Of a stretch of DNA of 64,000 bases, positions 19,415 through 29,769 are shown one piece after another. Under the pieces are notes generated by a model. It searched no databases. It saw nothing but the letters and a program-made list of their open reading frames with translations, and was not told where the DNA came from. The stretch covers positions 5,902-69,901 of the forward strand of contig CAUVGI010000001.1 of NCBI GenBank assembly GCA_963551375.1, read 5' to 3'. Position numbers and translations under genes: made by a program. Numbering within the stretch: position 1 is the stretch's first letter; the number at the start of each line of letters is the position of its first letter. This DNA comes from an uncultured Streptococcus sp. GTDB lineage: Bacteria; Bacillota; Bacilli; Lactobacillales; Aerococcaceae.

Positions 19415-20119
19415 ATGATTCAGCAACAGTTATTCTCGCCCATCCCACAGAAGATGGAGCATTTTTCTCGTTTCCCATTGCCACAAAGCTACGTGAATTT
19501 CCTTATGGAAAATGGTGCCGGATTCTTCACGAACACGAAAATCACAACGGCGGAACCAACGCGATTCGGCCTCGACTACGCCCTCTGTAATGGACTGATC
19601 GGATTTACAGAAGGCCCCTATTTCCCAAGCATTCTGGATGCTGCATGGTCTCCAGAAGTGACAGGTTTGCCCGAGTACTTTGTCGTCTTTTTCCAAGACG
19701 GACCTGTCTATTACGCCTTCGATTATCAAAACGGCGCTACCCAGGAACCAAGCATCCGTCTGATTGACGTTGAAATGGATCAGTGGCTCGAAGTGGCTAA
19801 CTCATTCGACGATTTTCTCTCTCGGCTAGAAGAAACGACCGAAGACATCACGTATGATATGAAAGATTGGATTTCCATTCATACCTTATTGCAACAAATC
19901 GGACAGGAAAATCCCGATACACTGGAGGGACTCATTGAAATCTTGCAAGACACCCACCCACAACTCTTCTTGCAGCAAACAGCCTATGCCTTAGAACATA
20001 CCGAGTCCGAAGCCGTTCGTTCGATTTATAAAGAACGCTTCGCCTTTATCGAGGATTTCCTCAGCACAGAATTCTCTTCATATCCAGAATACGAGCACTG
20101 CCGCACTTTATTATCCTAA
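19415..20119 (+). CDS. SMI1/KNR4 (SUKH-1) family protein, immunity-protein-like
   Basis: N-terminal PLPQSYVNFLMENGAGFF matches the family hallmark LPxxYxxFLxxxNG. Start at ATG 19415 after AAAGGAG. Confidence 0.65.
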   Translation: MIQQQLFSPIPQKMEHFSRFPLPQSYVNFLMENGAGFFTNTKITTAEPTRFGLDYALCNGLIGFTEGPYFPSILDAAWSPEVTGLPEYFVVFFQDGPVYYAFDYQNGATQEPSIRLIDVEMDQWLEVANSFDDFLSRLEETTEDITYDMKDWISIHTLLQQIGQENPDTLEGLIEILQDTHPQLFLQQTAYALEHTESEAVRSIYKERFAFIEDFLSTEFSSYPEYEHCRTLLS

Positions 20120-20126
20120 CTAAAAC

Positions 20127-20163
20127 AATAAGACCAACATTTCTGTTGGTCTTATTTTCTTTC
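20127..20163 (+). terminator. Terminator of the SMI1/KNR4 gene
   Basis: Stem AATAAGACCAACA/TGTTGGTCTTATT followed by a T-run. Confidence 0.85.
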
Positions 20164-20200
20164 TCTTATTCACTCTTTTTATAAGTATCTCCAAAAAAAG

Positions 20201-20393
20201 AGTTCAAAACGAAGAACCCCAAGGAGTCCATAGTATTAGCAATGAGACTTAGCATTCAAAGTGAATTATGGACTCTTAAAATTTTATTTTTTAGAGTCCA
20301 TTTGAATCTTGAAAGAGCTTGAGACTTTGGCTCAAGCCGGTGCCTCATTGCATATACTATAGAGATATCCTCGAGGGTTCGAAGTTTTGAACT
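20201..20393 (-). repeat. Hairpin repeat copy C (subfamily I, inverted orientation)
   Basis: The reverse complement carries CACCGGCTTGAGCCAAAGTCTCAAG, then CAAA, TGGACTCT..AGAGTCCA and TAATTC. A7 (20193-20199) and T7 (20397-20403) flank the hairpin. Confidence 0.93.
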
Positions 20394-20435
20394 TCGTTCA
20401 TTTTTTTAGTAAGCACCTTGCGGTGTTTTGTTATA

Positions 20436-20471
20436 AAAAGAAAAAGAGGGGTGAAAAACTTTCACCCCTCT
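20436..20471 (-). terminator. Terminator of groES-groEL
   Basis: Stem AGAGGGGTGAA/TTCACCCCTCT followed by a U-run on the minus strand. Confidence 0.85.
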
Positions 20472-20478
20472 TCCTTTA

Positions 20479-22382
<1,904 letters not shown>

Positions 22383-22404
22383 ATGAAATCCTCCTTCATC
22401 TTTT

Positions 22405-22431
22405 TTAGCACTCAAAAACACTGAGTGCTAA
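22405..22431. promoter_or_regulatory. CIRCE operator (HrcA binding site)
   Basis: TTAGCACTC-N9-GAGTGCTAA, an exact match to the CIRCE consensus. It lies between the promoter and the groES RBS. Confidence 0.92.
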
Positions 22432-22442
22432 CTCATAGTTTT

Positions 22443-22471
22443 ATGATACTCATTTGGTCAGGAAAAATCAA
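22443..22471 (-). promoter_or_regulatory. Candidate sigma-A promoter of groES-groEL
   Basis: TTGATT, 17-nt spacer, TATCAT on the minus strand, just upstream of CIRCE. Confidence 0.6.
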
Positions 22472-22533
22472 GAATAAATACTTGCTTATTTGTCTAGAAT
22501 TTTGTAAGATTTTGACATGAAAGGATGATTGCT

Positions 22534-22797
22534 ATGACACGAAAAAGTTTCTTTAGAAGACTATATTTTGAAATCATATTAGCCGTCTTCTTTATCTTTC
22601 TAGCAACGACGCATTATCCTGGTAATGGATTTGACTTTATCACATTATTCTGCTGTCTATTCGCAACGACAAGCATCGTAACAAGTATCAACATGCTTCG
22701 CACCTATAACGAGTTGAAAAAACTCGCCAATCTCATCGAGAATCTTCCCGATGACGAGGATTCACTAGATGATAAAGAACCAAAAGAAAAGCACTAA
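22534..22797 (+). CDS. Small membrane protein with acidic C-terminus, unknown function
   Basis: Two hydrophobic helices and its own terminator. I prefer ATG 22534, 9 nt after AAAGG, over 22525. Confidence 0.5.
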   Translation: MTRKSFFRRLYFEIILAVFFIFLATTHYPGNGFDFITLFCCLFATTSIVTSINMLRTYNELKKLANLIENLPDDEDSLDDKEPKEKH

Positions 22798-22836
22798 TCG
22801 CTCCGGAAATCGGATTGGATTAGTGCTTATTTTTTT
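22790..22836 (+). terminator. Terminator of the 22534-22797 gene
   Basis: Stem AGCACTAATC/GATTAGTGCT followed by T7. Confidence 0.8.
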
Positions 22837-22837
22837 A

Positions 22838-22867
22838 CAAAAAAGGCACCCCATGCGGATGCCTTTC
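22838..22867 (-). terminator. Terminator of rex
   Basis: Stem AAAGGCA/TGCCTTT followed by a U-run on the minus strand. Confidence 0.7.
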
Positions 22868-22873
22868 AACAAA

Positions 22874-23521
22874 TTATTTTTGGTTATCTAAGAAATAAAT
22901 AAGTGTTTGAAGTTCGTTTGTTAAGTCCACGTTTTGAACTCGAACGTCTTCTGGTACGTCTAAGCGGATTGGTGTGAAGTTCAAGATTCCGCGAACATTT
23001 GCTTCTACTAAGCGGTCTGCTGTTTCTTGAGCTACATCTTGAGGCACTGTTAAGATGGCCACTTGGATTTGTTGAACTTTCAATTGTTCTACCATTTCAT
23101 CCATGCTGTAAACTGGCACACCTGTTTGGATTGTTCCAACGATGTCTTCGTTTACGTCGAACGCTGCGCTAATACGCACGTTGTTGCTTTGGTGGAAGTT
23201 GTAGTTTAAGAGCGCTTGTCCTAATTTACCAACCCCTACTAAAGCGACGTTTGTTAGGCGATCTTGGTTTAAAGTATGGCTGAAGAATTCTAATAAGTAT
23301 TCTACATCATATCCATATCCACGTTTTCCTAAAGCTCCAAAGTATGAGAAGTCACGGCGGATTGTTGCGCTATCGACTTTTACGGCTTCACTTAATTCAG
23401 TTGATGAGATGCGACGTTTTCCTGCATCATGCAAGAAACGTAAGTAACGATGATAAATGGCCAAACGTTTTGCTGTTGCGCGTGGCACTTCGATTTCTTT
23501 TAATTCGTTTAAATCTTTCAT
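22874..23521 (-). CDS. rex: Redox-sensing transcriptional repressor Rex
   Basis: N-terminal winged helix ([13 protein letters not shown], ..[11 protein letters not shown]) plus the Rossmann motif GVGKLG. Confidence 0.92.
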   Translation of the reverse strand: MKDLNELKEIEVPRATAKRLAIYHRYLRFLHDAGKRRISSTELSEAVKVDSATIRRDFSYFGALGKRGYGYDVEYLLEFFSHTLNQDRLTNVALVGVGKLGQALLNYNFHQSNNVRISAAFDVNEDIVGTIQTGVPVYSMDEMVEQLKVQQIQVAILTVPQDVAQETADRLVEANVRGILNFTPIRLDVPEDVRVQNVDLTNELQTLIYFLDNQK

Positions 23522-23763
23522 GAATAAGACTCCCTTTTTCTTTTATTTCCATGCGTATTCTATCACAACGACATTTCATTTCACAAACAGTTTGCTTACA
23601 CCTCACGAACATTAGTGAATTTCGCTTATATGCAGCAAGCTTTGTGCTTTTTTCTTCACAACCTCCCTATTGTGAATGTGAATGCAAAGAAGAACGCGTA
23701 TCAATATTGTTCCCCTTCTTTTTTATGCTAAAATAAACTGAAACCATATTGAAAGGACCCGTC

Positions 23764-25713
23764 ATGATTTTACTACAAGGACAAGGACTCGCGCGTACGT
23801 TTGCGGATGAAGTCCTATTTGAAAATATTACAATTCATATTCAAGAAAATTCACGCATTGCCATCGTTGGGCGAAATGGTACTGGAAAATCTACGTTATT
23901 AAAAATGTTGGCTGGAATCGAAGAACCTTCTCTTGGCGCTGTGTCAAAGAAGAAAGACCTCTCGATTGGCTACTTAGATCAATACGCTGCCATCCAGTCT
24001 TCCCGTACCGTTTGGGAAGAAATGGTGCATCTCTTCGAAGATGTGGAAACTTTGAAGAAACAAGCGCAAAAAGCAGCTGAACAACTTGGCGACCCAGACC
24101 TTCTAAGTGACCCCGTGGCGTACGAACTCGCCTTAAGACGATACGATCAATTGCAAGAAGAATTGAACCAAAAGAATGCGTATGGTTACGAGTCTGAAAT
24201 TCGTACCGTTCTTCATGGATTCCGTTTCTATCCAGAAGACTACGACCAACCGATTCAAGCACTCTCTGGAGGCCAACGCACTCGTCTCGCTCTTGCTCGT
24301 ATTTTATTAGAAAAACACGACCTACTCATCTTAGACGAACCGACCAACCACTTGGATATCGAGACATTAACATGGCTTGAAGACTATTTACGCTCTTCAA
24401 GTAGCGCTTTAGTCATCGTATCCCACGACCAATACTTCTTGGACCGTGTGTGTAACGAAGTCTATGAAATCAGTCATAAGGCCTGCGAATATTACAAAGG
24501 AAACTACTCGCACTACTTAGAAGAACGCGAGCAACGCTATTTACTCAAACAAAAAGCCTACGAGAAGCAGCAACAAGAGATTCACGACTTAGAAGAATTC
24601 ATTGCGAAAAACTTAGTGCGCGCCTCAACCACAAAACGCGCGCAATCACGTCGTAAGAAACTTGAGAAGATGGAACGCTTAGAGAAACCAAAAGGCGATC
24701 AGCGCTCTGCTCGTTTTGAATTCACGGTGGAACGCGAATCCGGAAACCAAGTCTTGCAAGTAACGGATGCTTATATCGGCTACAACCACGAAGCCTTGAG
24801 CGGGCCGATTTCCTTCCAGCTTCGCAAGCGTGAAGCCATCGCGATTGTGGGGCCTAACGGTATTGGAAAATCTACCCTCTTGAAGTCGATTACGGGTGAA
24901 TTACCCTTAATCGAAGGTTCAATCGACTTAGGTGCTGGCGTTCAAGTCGGTTACTATGACCAAAACTTGGCCGGCCTCTCATCGAATCAAACGGTTCTAG
25001 AAGAACTTTGGTCTCGTCACTCAACGATGCCTGAAAAAGACATCCGTTCGATTCTTGGCAGTTTCCTTTTTTCAGGCAACGACGTGGAGAAAACAACCGC
25101 TCAACTCAGCGGGGGTGAAAAGGCTCGTTTGGCACTTTGCAAATTGTCTCTTGAACATGATAATTTCCTATTGCTCGACGAACCAACCAACCACTTGGAC
25201 ATCGACAGTAAAGAAGTCCTCGAAGATGCCCTCATCGACTACGACGGCACGATTTGTTTCGTTTCGCATGACCGTTTCTTCATCAACAAGGTCGCAACGG
25301 CCATTCTTGAAATCGAAGAAACTGGCAGCACGCTGTATTTAGGCGACTACGACTACTATCTCGAGAAAAAACAAGAGAAAGAAGAACTCGCCGCTTTGCA
25401 AGAGGCCAAGGATGCCCCACTAGCGACGGCCCAGCCGATGACAGAAGCTAAAGCCAGCTACCATGCCTCTAAAGAAGAGCAACGTCAAATCCGTACGCTC
25501 ACAAGACGTATCGAGCAACTAGAAACGGAGATGCACGATATCGAAACGGCACTCGAACAAGTGCATGAGGCGATGATGCTGGAAGAAAACTATTCTGACC
25601 CAGATAAAGCCGCTGCCCTCTCAACAGAAGAAGGAGCTCTTCTCGAGCGCCAAGAAACACTTCTTGCAGAATGGGAAGAAGCGTCTCTAGCGCTAGAAGA
25701 ATTCAATTCATAA
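23764..25713 (+). CDS. ABC-F family ATPase (two NBDs, no TMD, C-terminal coiled coil; Uup/YfmR-like)
   Basis: Two Walker A motifs (GRNGTGKST, GPNGIGKST), two LSGG signatures, an inter-domain linker and an acidic coiled-coil tail. Start at ATG 23764. Confidence 0.9.
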   Translation: MILLQGQGLARTFADEVLFENITIHIQENSRIAIVGRNGTGKSTLLKMLAGIEEPSLGAVSKKKDLSIGYLDQYAAIQSSRTVWEEMVHLFEDVETLKKQAQKAAEQLGDPDLLSDPVAYELALRRYDQLQEELNQKNAYGYESEIRTVLHGFRFYPEDYDQPIQALSGGQRTRLALARILLEKHDLLILDEPTNHLDIETLTWLEDYLRSSSSALVIVSHDQYFLDRVCNEVYEISHKACEYYKGNYSHYLEEREQRYLLKQKAYEKQQQEIHDLEEFIAKNLVRASTTKRAQSRRKKLEKMERLEKPKGDQRSARFEFTVERESGNQVLQVTDAYIGYNHEALSGPISFQLRKREAIAIVGPNGIGKSTLLKSITGELPLIEGSIDLGAGVQVGYYDQNLAGLSSNQTVLEELWSRHSTMPEKDIRSILGSFLFSGNDVEKTTAQLSGGEKARLALCKLSLEHDNFLLLDEPTNHLDIDSKEVLEDALIDYDGTICFVSHDRFFINKVATAILEIEETGSTLYLGDYDYYLEKKQEKEELAALQEAKDAPLATAQPMTEAKASYHASKEEQRQIRTLTRRIEQLETEMHDIETALEQVHEAMMLEENYSDPDKAAALSTEEGALLERQETLLAEWEEASLALEEFNS

Positions 25714-25757
25714 TCGTTTGAAATTATCATATATGATAATTTTGCACTTTCAGCAAT

Positions 25758-25802
25758 TCAAAGAAGCGTAGACTCTTTTTATAGAGTCTACGCTTCTTTT
25801 TA
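25758..25802. terminator. Bidirectional terminator between the ABC-F gene and the ABC exporter operon
   Basis: 16-bp stem AAGAAGCGTAGACTCT/AGAGTCTACGCTTCTT, with an A-rich stretch 5' and a T-run 3'. Confidence 0.85.
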
Positions 25803-25804
25803 GT

Positions 25805-27550
25805 TTACTGTTGCCACTGACTTTGATAGAGATTGTAGTAAAATCCACGTTGCTCCATCAAGCTGGCATGATTTCCTTTTTCAATGACATGTCCGTCTTT
25901 TAAGACGAGAATCACATCCGCGGTACGAATGGTCGACAAGCGGTGCGCCACGATAAAGCTCGTGCGTCCTTCCATCAGATGTTGGAAGGCTTCTTGAATC
26001 TTCAACTCGGTACGCGTATCGATGGAAGACGTTGCCTCATCGAGAATCAGCATATTAGGTTGTCCCATCATCACACGCGCGATGCAGAGCAATTGTTTTT
26101 GCCCTTGCGAGAAGTCCCCACCGTCATCCGAAATCACCGTATCATACCCTTGTGGCAGACGGCTCACGAATCCATGGATATGACAGAGTTTGGCGATGCG
26201 AATCATCTCTTCTTCGCTAATCGTTGGGTTCCCCATCGTGATATTTTCACGGACCGTCCCCGTTTGAAGCCATGTTTCTTGAAGCACCATTCCAAATCCA
26301 TTTCGCAGTGAATGACGCGTGATGTCTTCAATCGAATGTCCATCGATGGCTAATTTTCCACTATTAATATCGTAGAAACGCATCAATAAGTTAATCAATG
26401 TCGTCTTTCCGCTTCCGGTTGGACCGACAATCGCCACGCGTTGCCCTGGTTTTACATCCAACGAGAAGTCTTCAATCAACGGTTGGTCTTTCACGTAAGA
26501 GAAGTTCACATGGCTAAATTCCACCGCTCCATCGAAACTTTCAGGAGACACAGTATCCTCACGCTCTGGATGTTCAGAAGGTTGTTCCAACAGTTCAAAT
26601 ACGCGGTTAGCACAGGCAATCGCATTTTGCAATTCGGTAATAACGCCTGAGATTTCATTGAATGGTTTCGTATATTGGTTGGCATAACTTAAGAAGGCCG
26701 ATAGTTGTCCAACCGTCACGCCACCGTTAATCACGAAGAACGCCCCGAACACGCCCACACTGGTGTAGACAATACTATTAACAAAACGCGTTGCCGGATT
26801 CGTGATGCTCGAGAAGAAAATAGCCTTAAGCGATACATCCGTTAAGTTCTTATTAATCACCGAGAAGTCCTCGATGACTTTTTCTTGTTGCTGGAAGGCC
26901 GTAACCACTCGTGTCCCCTCAATCATCTCATTCATATAGGCAGTTTGGTCACCACGAATTTCCGATTGTTGTTTAAAGAAATGATAGGATTTCTTCGCAA
27001 CAAAGCTGGCCATCACAAAGGATACTGGCGTCACCACCACTACCACGAAGGTCAGTGTCACATTTACGCTAAGCATAAAGATTAACGTTCCTAGAATCGT
27101 CATCACACCGGTAAATAACTGCGTGAATCCCATCAACAGCCCGTCCGCGAATTGATCCGCGTCTGCAATAATACGGCTCTCGATTTCTCCGGCTGGATGA
27201 ATATCTAAATAACTGAGCGGTAATGTCTCGATTTTTTCAAGCGCATCTCTACGAAGGTCACGCACAACCGAGTACGTCATCTTGTTATTGCTGAGGTTCA
27301 TAAACCACTGCGCGATGGCTGCCATTGCCGTAAAGAGTGCAATCTGCCAAAGGATGGCAAATAGTCCTTCATAGAACACTTGGCCGGTATCTAACATTTG
27401 GTCTACGGCTTCCCCGACTAATTTTGGAATCATTAACGTTCCGAATACATTCACACTCGCCAAAAGAATAGACGCTACAAAGTAGATGCGGTAGCGACGG
27501 ATGTAGCGGAGGACTTTACGGATGGTTTCCCATTGAGTTGTCTGTCTCAT
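25805..27550 (-). CDS. ABC exporter permease/ATPase subunit with consensus Walker B (heterodimer partner)
   Basis: 581 aa, TMD plus NBD. Motifs: GPTGSGKTT, LILDEATSSID, and a deviant signature FSQGQKQ. Confidence 0.9.
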   Translation of the reverse strand: MRQTTQWETIRKVLRYIRRYRIYFVASILLASVNVFGTLMIPKLVGEAVDQMLDTGQVFYEGLFAILWQIALFTAMAAIAQWFMNLSNNKMTYSVVRDLRRDALEKIETLPLSYLDIHPAGEIESRIIADADQFADGLLMGFTQLFTGVMTILGTLIFMLSVNVTLTFVVVVVTPVSFVMASFVAKKSYHFFKQQSEIRGDQTAYMNEMIEGTRVVTAFQQQEKVIEDFSVINKNLTDVSLKAIFFSSITNPATRFVNSIVYTSVGVFGAFFVINGGVTVGQLSAFLSYANQYTKPFNEISGVITELQNAIACANRVFELLEQPSEHPEREDTVSPESFDGAVEFSHVNFSYVKDQPLIEDFSLDVKPGQRVAIVGPTGSGKTTLINLLMRFYDINSGKLAIDGHSIEDITRHSLRNGFGMVLQETWLQTGTVRENITMGNPTISEEEMIRIAKLCHIHGFVSRLPQGYDTVISDDGGDFSQGQKQLLCIARVMMGQPNMLILDEATSSIDTRTELKIQEAFQHLMEGRTSFIVAHRLSTIRTADVILVLKDGHVIEKGNHASLMEQRGFYYNLYQSQWQQ

Positions 27551-29277
27551 GCTTCATCCTCCTTTGGAAATTGTGAATAGTAAATTTCTTGGTAAATCTC
27601 ATTGTTGGCTAAGAGCTCTTCATGCGTGCCTTTGCCGACAAGATTTCCTTCGTCTAACACGAGAATTAAGTCTGCATACTGCACAGAAGCTGCCCGTTGC
27701 GACACAATAAAGGTCGTTGGACGTGGCGTTTGGTTCTTAATAGCCTCACGCAATTTTGCATCGGTCGCAAAGTCTAACGCCGAAGCACTATCATCTAAAA
27801 TTAAAATTGGTGCTTGTTTGGCAATCGCACGTGCAATCGTCATCCGTTGTTTTTGCCCACCGGATAAGTTGCGACCATTTTGTTCGATACCATAATCCAG
27901 TCCGCCTTCTTTTGTTTGTACAAACTCGCTAGCTTGAGCGACATCGAGCGCATGTTCTACGACTTCAGTAGAAGCCGATGCATTTCCAAAACGGACATTG
28001 TCGGCAATCGTTCCACGGAAGAGTTGCGCCTTTTGTAAGACCATTGCGACCGCTCCACGAATCGATGCAAAACGGTAGTCACGAACGTCATTGCCGAATA
28101 CTTCAACTTCCCCTTGGGTCGCATCATAGAACCGAGGAATCATATTCACAAGAGACGATTTCCCGCTACCAGTCCCACCGATAACGCCGATGGTTTGGCC
28201 TTTCAATGCGGTAAATGAAATATGGTTCAGCGCTGCGTTTTGGTCTCCTTGATATGTCAATGTCACGTCTTTGAACGCCACTGCCACTTCACCTTCTGGA
28301 TGAACCTCTTTCGTTCCTTCAACCATATCCGGCTCAATCGATAGAATATTGTCGATACGTTCCGCACTCGCTACGGATTTTGTCATCGTTACGACAAGGT
28401 TCGCGAACTTCACAAGCTCCACTAGAATTTGTGACATATAGTTTGTCAAAGCGATAACGTCCCCTTTTGACAAAGTCCCAGTATCCACTTTAATCGCACC
28501 ACCATAAAGAATGACGATGAGTGCCACATTCACAATCACAAACGTAATAGGATTCATGGCTCCAGAGAGGCCACTCACCTTTTGTTGCGCTTGATTCAAT
28601 GTTTCAGTATCTTCTCTAAAGGTATGAATTTCTTTTTCTTCACGGTTAAATGCACGAATCACACGCACACCGAGCAAGTTTTCATGCACGAGACGCATAA
28701 TGCGATCTAATTTCCCTTGCACACGTCGATACATTGGAATCGTCCAGTAAATAATTCCGAATACGACGATAGCTAAAATCGGCACCGTAATGACAAACGT
28801 CCATGCCATTTCTACATTCACGACAAATGCCATCACAATCGCTCCTCCGACGATAAACGGTGAACGGAGCAATAGACGAAGCGCGATATTTAACCCACTT
28901 TGCACGAGATTGATATCACTCGTCAAACGCGTGAGTAAAGTGTCATTTCCGAGCGCATCGAGTTGCGAAAAGCTAAAGTATTGAATTTTTGAAAAGAGCG
29001 CCTGTCTTACATCAGCGGTAAATCCAGTCGCCGCCTTTGCCGCAAAATACTGAGCGGTAACCGACACGACAACGCCTAAAATTCCTAGACAAATTAGGAT
29101 GACCCCTTGATGAAGAATCAAGGTCGTGTCTTTATTTCCAATCCCTTTGTCGATGATGACCGCCATAATGAGCGGAACAAATAACTCCAGTATCGCTTCG
29201 AATAATTTGAATAATGGTGCCAATATCGTTTCTTTCAGATACGGCTTTAAATAAGGTTTTAATTGGTTCACAATCAT
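27547..29277 (-). CDS. ABC exporter permease/ATPase subunit with degenerate catalytic site
   Basis: 576 aa. Motifs: GGTGSGKSS, LSGGQKQR, and Walker B ILILDDSASALD (Asp replaces the catalytic Glu). It overlaps the downstream gene by 4 nt. Confidence 0.9.
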   Translation of the reverse strand: MIVNQLKPYLKPYLKETILAPLFKLFEAILELFVPLIMAVIIDKGIGNKDTTLILHQGVILICLGILGVVVSVTAQYFAAKAATGFTADVRQALFSKIQYFSFSQLDALGNDTLLTRLTSDINLVQSGLNIALRLLLRSPFIVGGAIVMAFVVNVEMAWTFVITVPILAIVVFGIIYWTIPMYRRVQGKLDRIMRLVHENLLGVRVIRAFNREEKEIHTFREDTETLNQAQQKVSGLSGAMNPITFVIVNVALIVILYGGAIKVDTGTLSKGDVIALTNYMSQILVELVKFANLVVTMTKSVASAERIDNILSIEPDMVEGTKEVHPEGEVAVAFKDVTLTYQGDQNAALNHISFTALKGQTIGVIGGTGSGKSSLVNMIPRFYDATQGEVEVFGNDVRDYRFASIRGAVAMVLQKAQLFRGTIADNVRFGNASASTEVVEHALDVAQASEFVQTKEGGLDYGIEQNGRNLSGGQKQRMTIARAIAKQAPILILDDSASALDFATDAKLREAIKNQTPRPTTFIVSQRAASVQYADLILVLDEGNLVGKGTHEELLANNEIYQEIYYSQFPKEDEA

Positions 29278-29367
29278 ACTTCCTTTTACATCAATAGTAC
29301 TTTTATTTTATCACAATTTGCGTTCTACAAAAGCAGAAACCCTTGATTCCTACTGTTATTATACAGG

Positions 29368-29403
29368 GTGTAACAATTATGTTACGTAACAAAAATGTTA
29401 CAC
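29368..29403. promoter_or_regulatory. Tandem palindromic operator pair 1 (GTAACA-N4-TGTTAC, twice)
   Basis: GTAACAATTATGTTAC (29370-29385) abuts GTAACAAAAATGTTAC (29386-29401). The pair lies immediately upstream of the TATAAT (29358-29363, minus strand) of the exporter operon. Confidence 0.7.
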
Positions 29404-29424
29404 TCACTTTTAATTTCCTAAAGA

Positions 29425-29458
29425 TGTATCATTAATGATACGTATCATAAATGATACA
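29425..29458. promoter_or_regulatory. Tandem palindromic operator pair 2 (GTATCA-N4-TGATAC, twice)
   Basis: GTATCATTAATGATAC (29426-29441) abuts GTATCATAAATGATAC (29442-29457). The architecture matches pair 1, with one half-site base changed. Confidence 0.7.
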
Positions 29459-29506
29459 AAACTATTTTTTCCCACAGTTGGGTTTAGCGGAGTAAATAAT
29501 CCTTAG

Positions 29507-29761
29507 AAGACTGGGCAACTCTTTGTTATTAGAACGTTGATTACGAAAAATCTTACGGATTCTATAATAGCTATAACGTGGGATGGCATTAAAAACGAAA
29601 AAGGGAGCGTAGGAATTTTATTCCGTACGCTCCCTTTGAGGCTTTAAAGGTGAGAGACCTAGGCTCGAACCGGTGCAACGTTATAGCTATTATGAAGATA
29701 TCCGTAAGGATTTGGAGTAATCAACATTATTCACTATACTGTCACCCAGATGCCCAGTCTT
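29507..29761 (-). repeat. Hairpin repeat copy D (subfamily II, inverted orientation)
   Basis: Outer arms AAGACTGGGCA/TGCCCAGTCTT and GTTGATTAC/GTAATCAAC. P1 is a perfect 16-bp pairing of ATAATAGCTATAACGT with its complement. The core carries GGTTCGAGCCTAGGTCTCTCACC and GGGAGCGTACGGAA..TTCCTACGCTCCC. Confidence 0.93.
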
Positions 29762-29769
29762 ATATTTAA

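Noticed and set aside
23571-23697. Possible Rex operators between rex and the ABC-F gene: a TTCACAA half-site at 23580-23586, and TTCACAA-N8-TTGTGAA / TTGTGAATGTGAATGCAA at 23664-23697.
   Set aside because: None matches the TTGTGAA-N4-TTCACAA inverted-repeat architecture. The best candidate has only 3 of 7 matches in its second half-site, and the clear pair is everted with the wrong spacing.
29380-29391. TGTTACGTAACA at the junction of the operator palindromes as a parS-like site.
   Set aside because: parS is a 16-bp TGTTNCACGTGNAACA. This site lacks the central CACGTG, occurs in a tandem operator array and has no parAB context.
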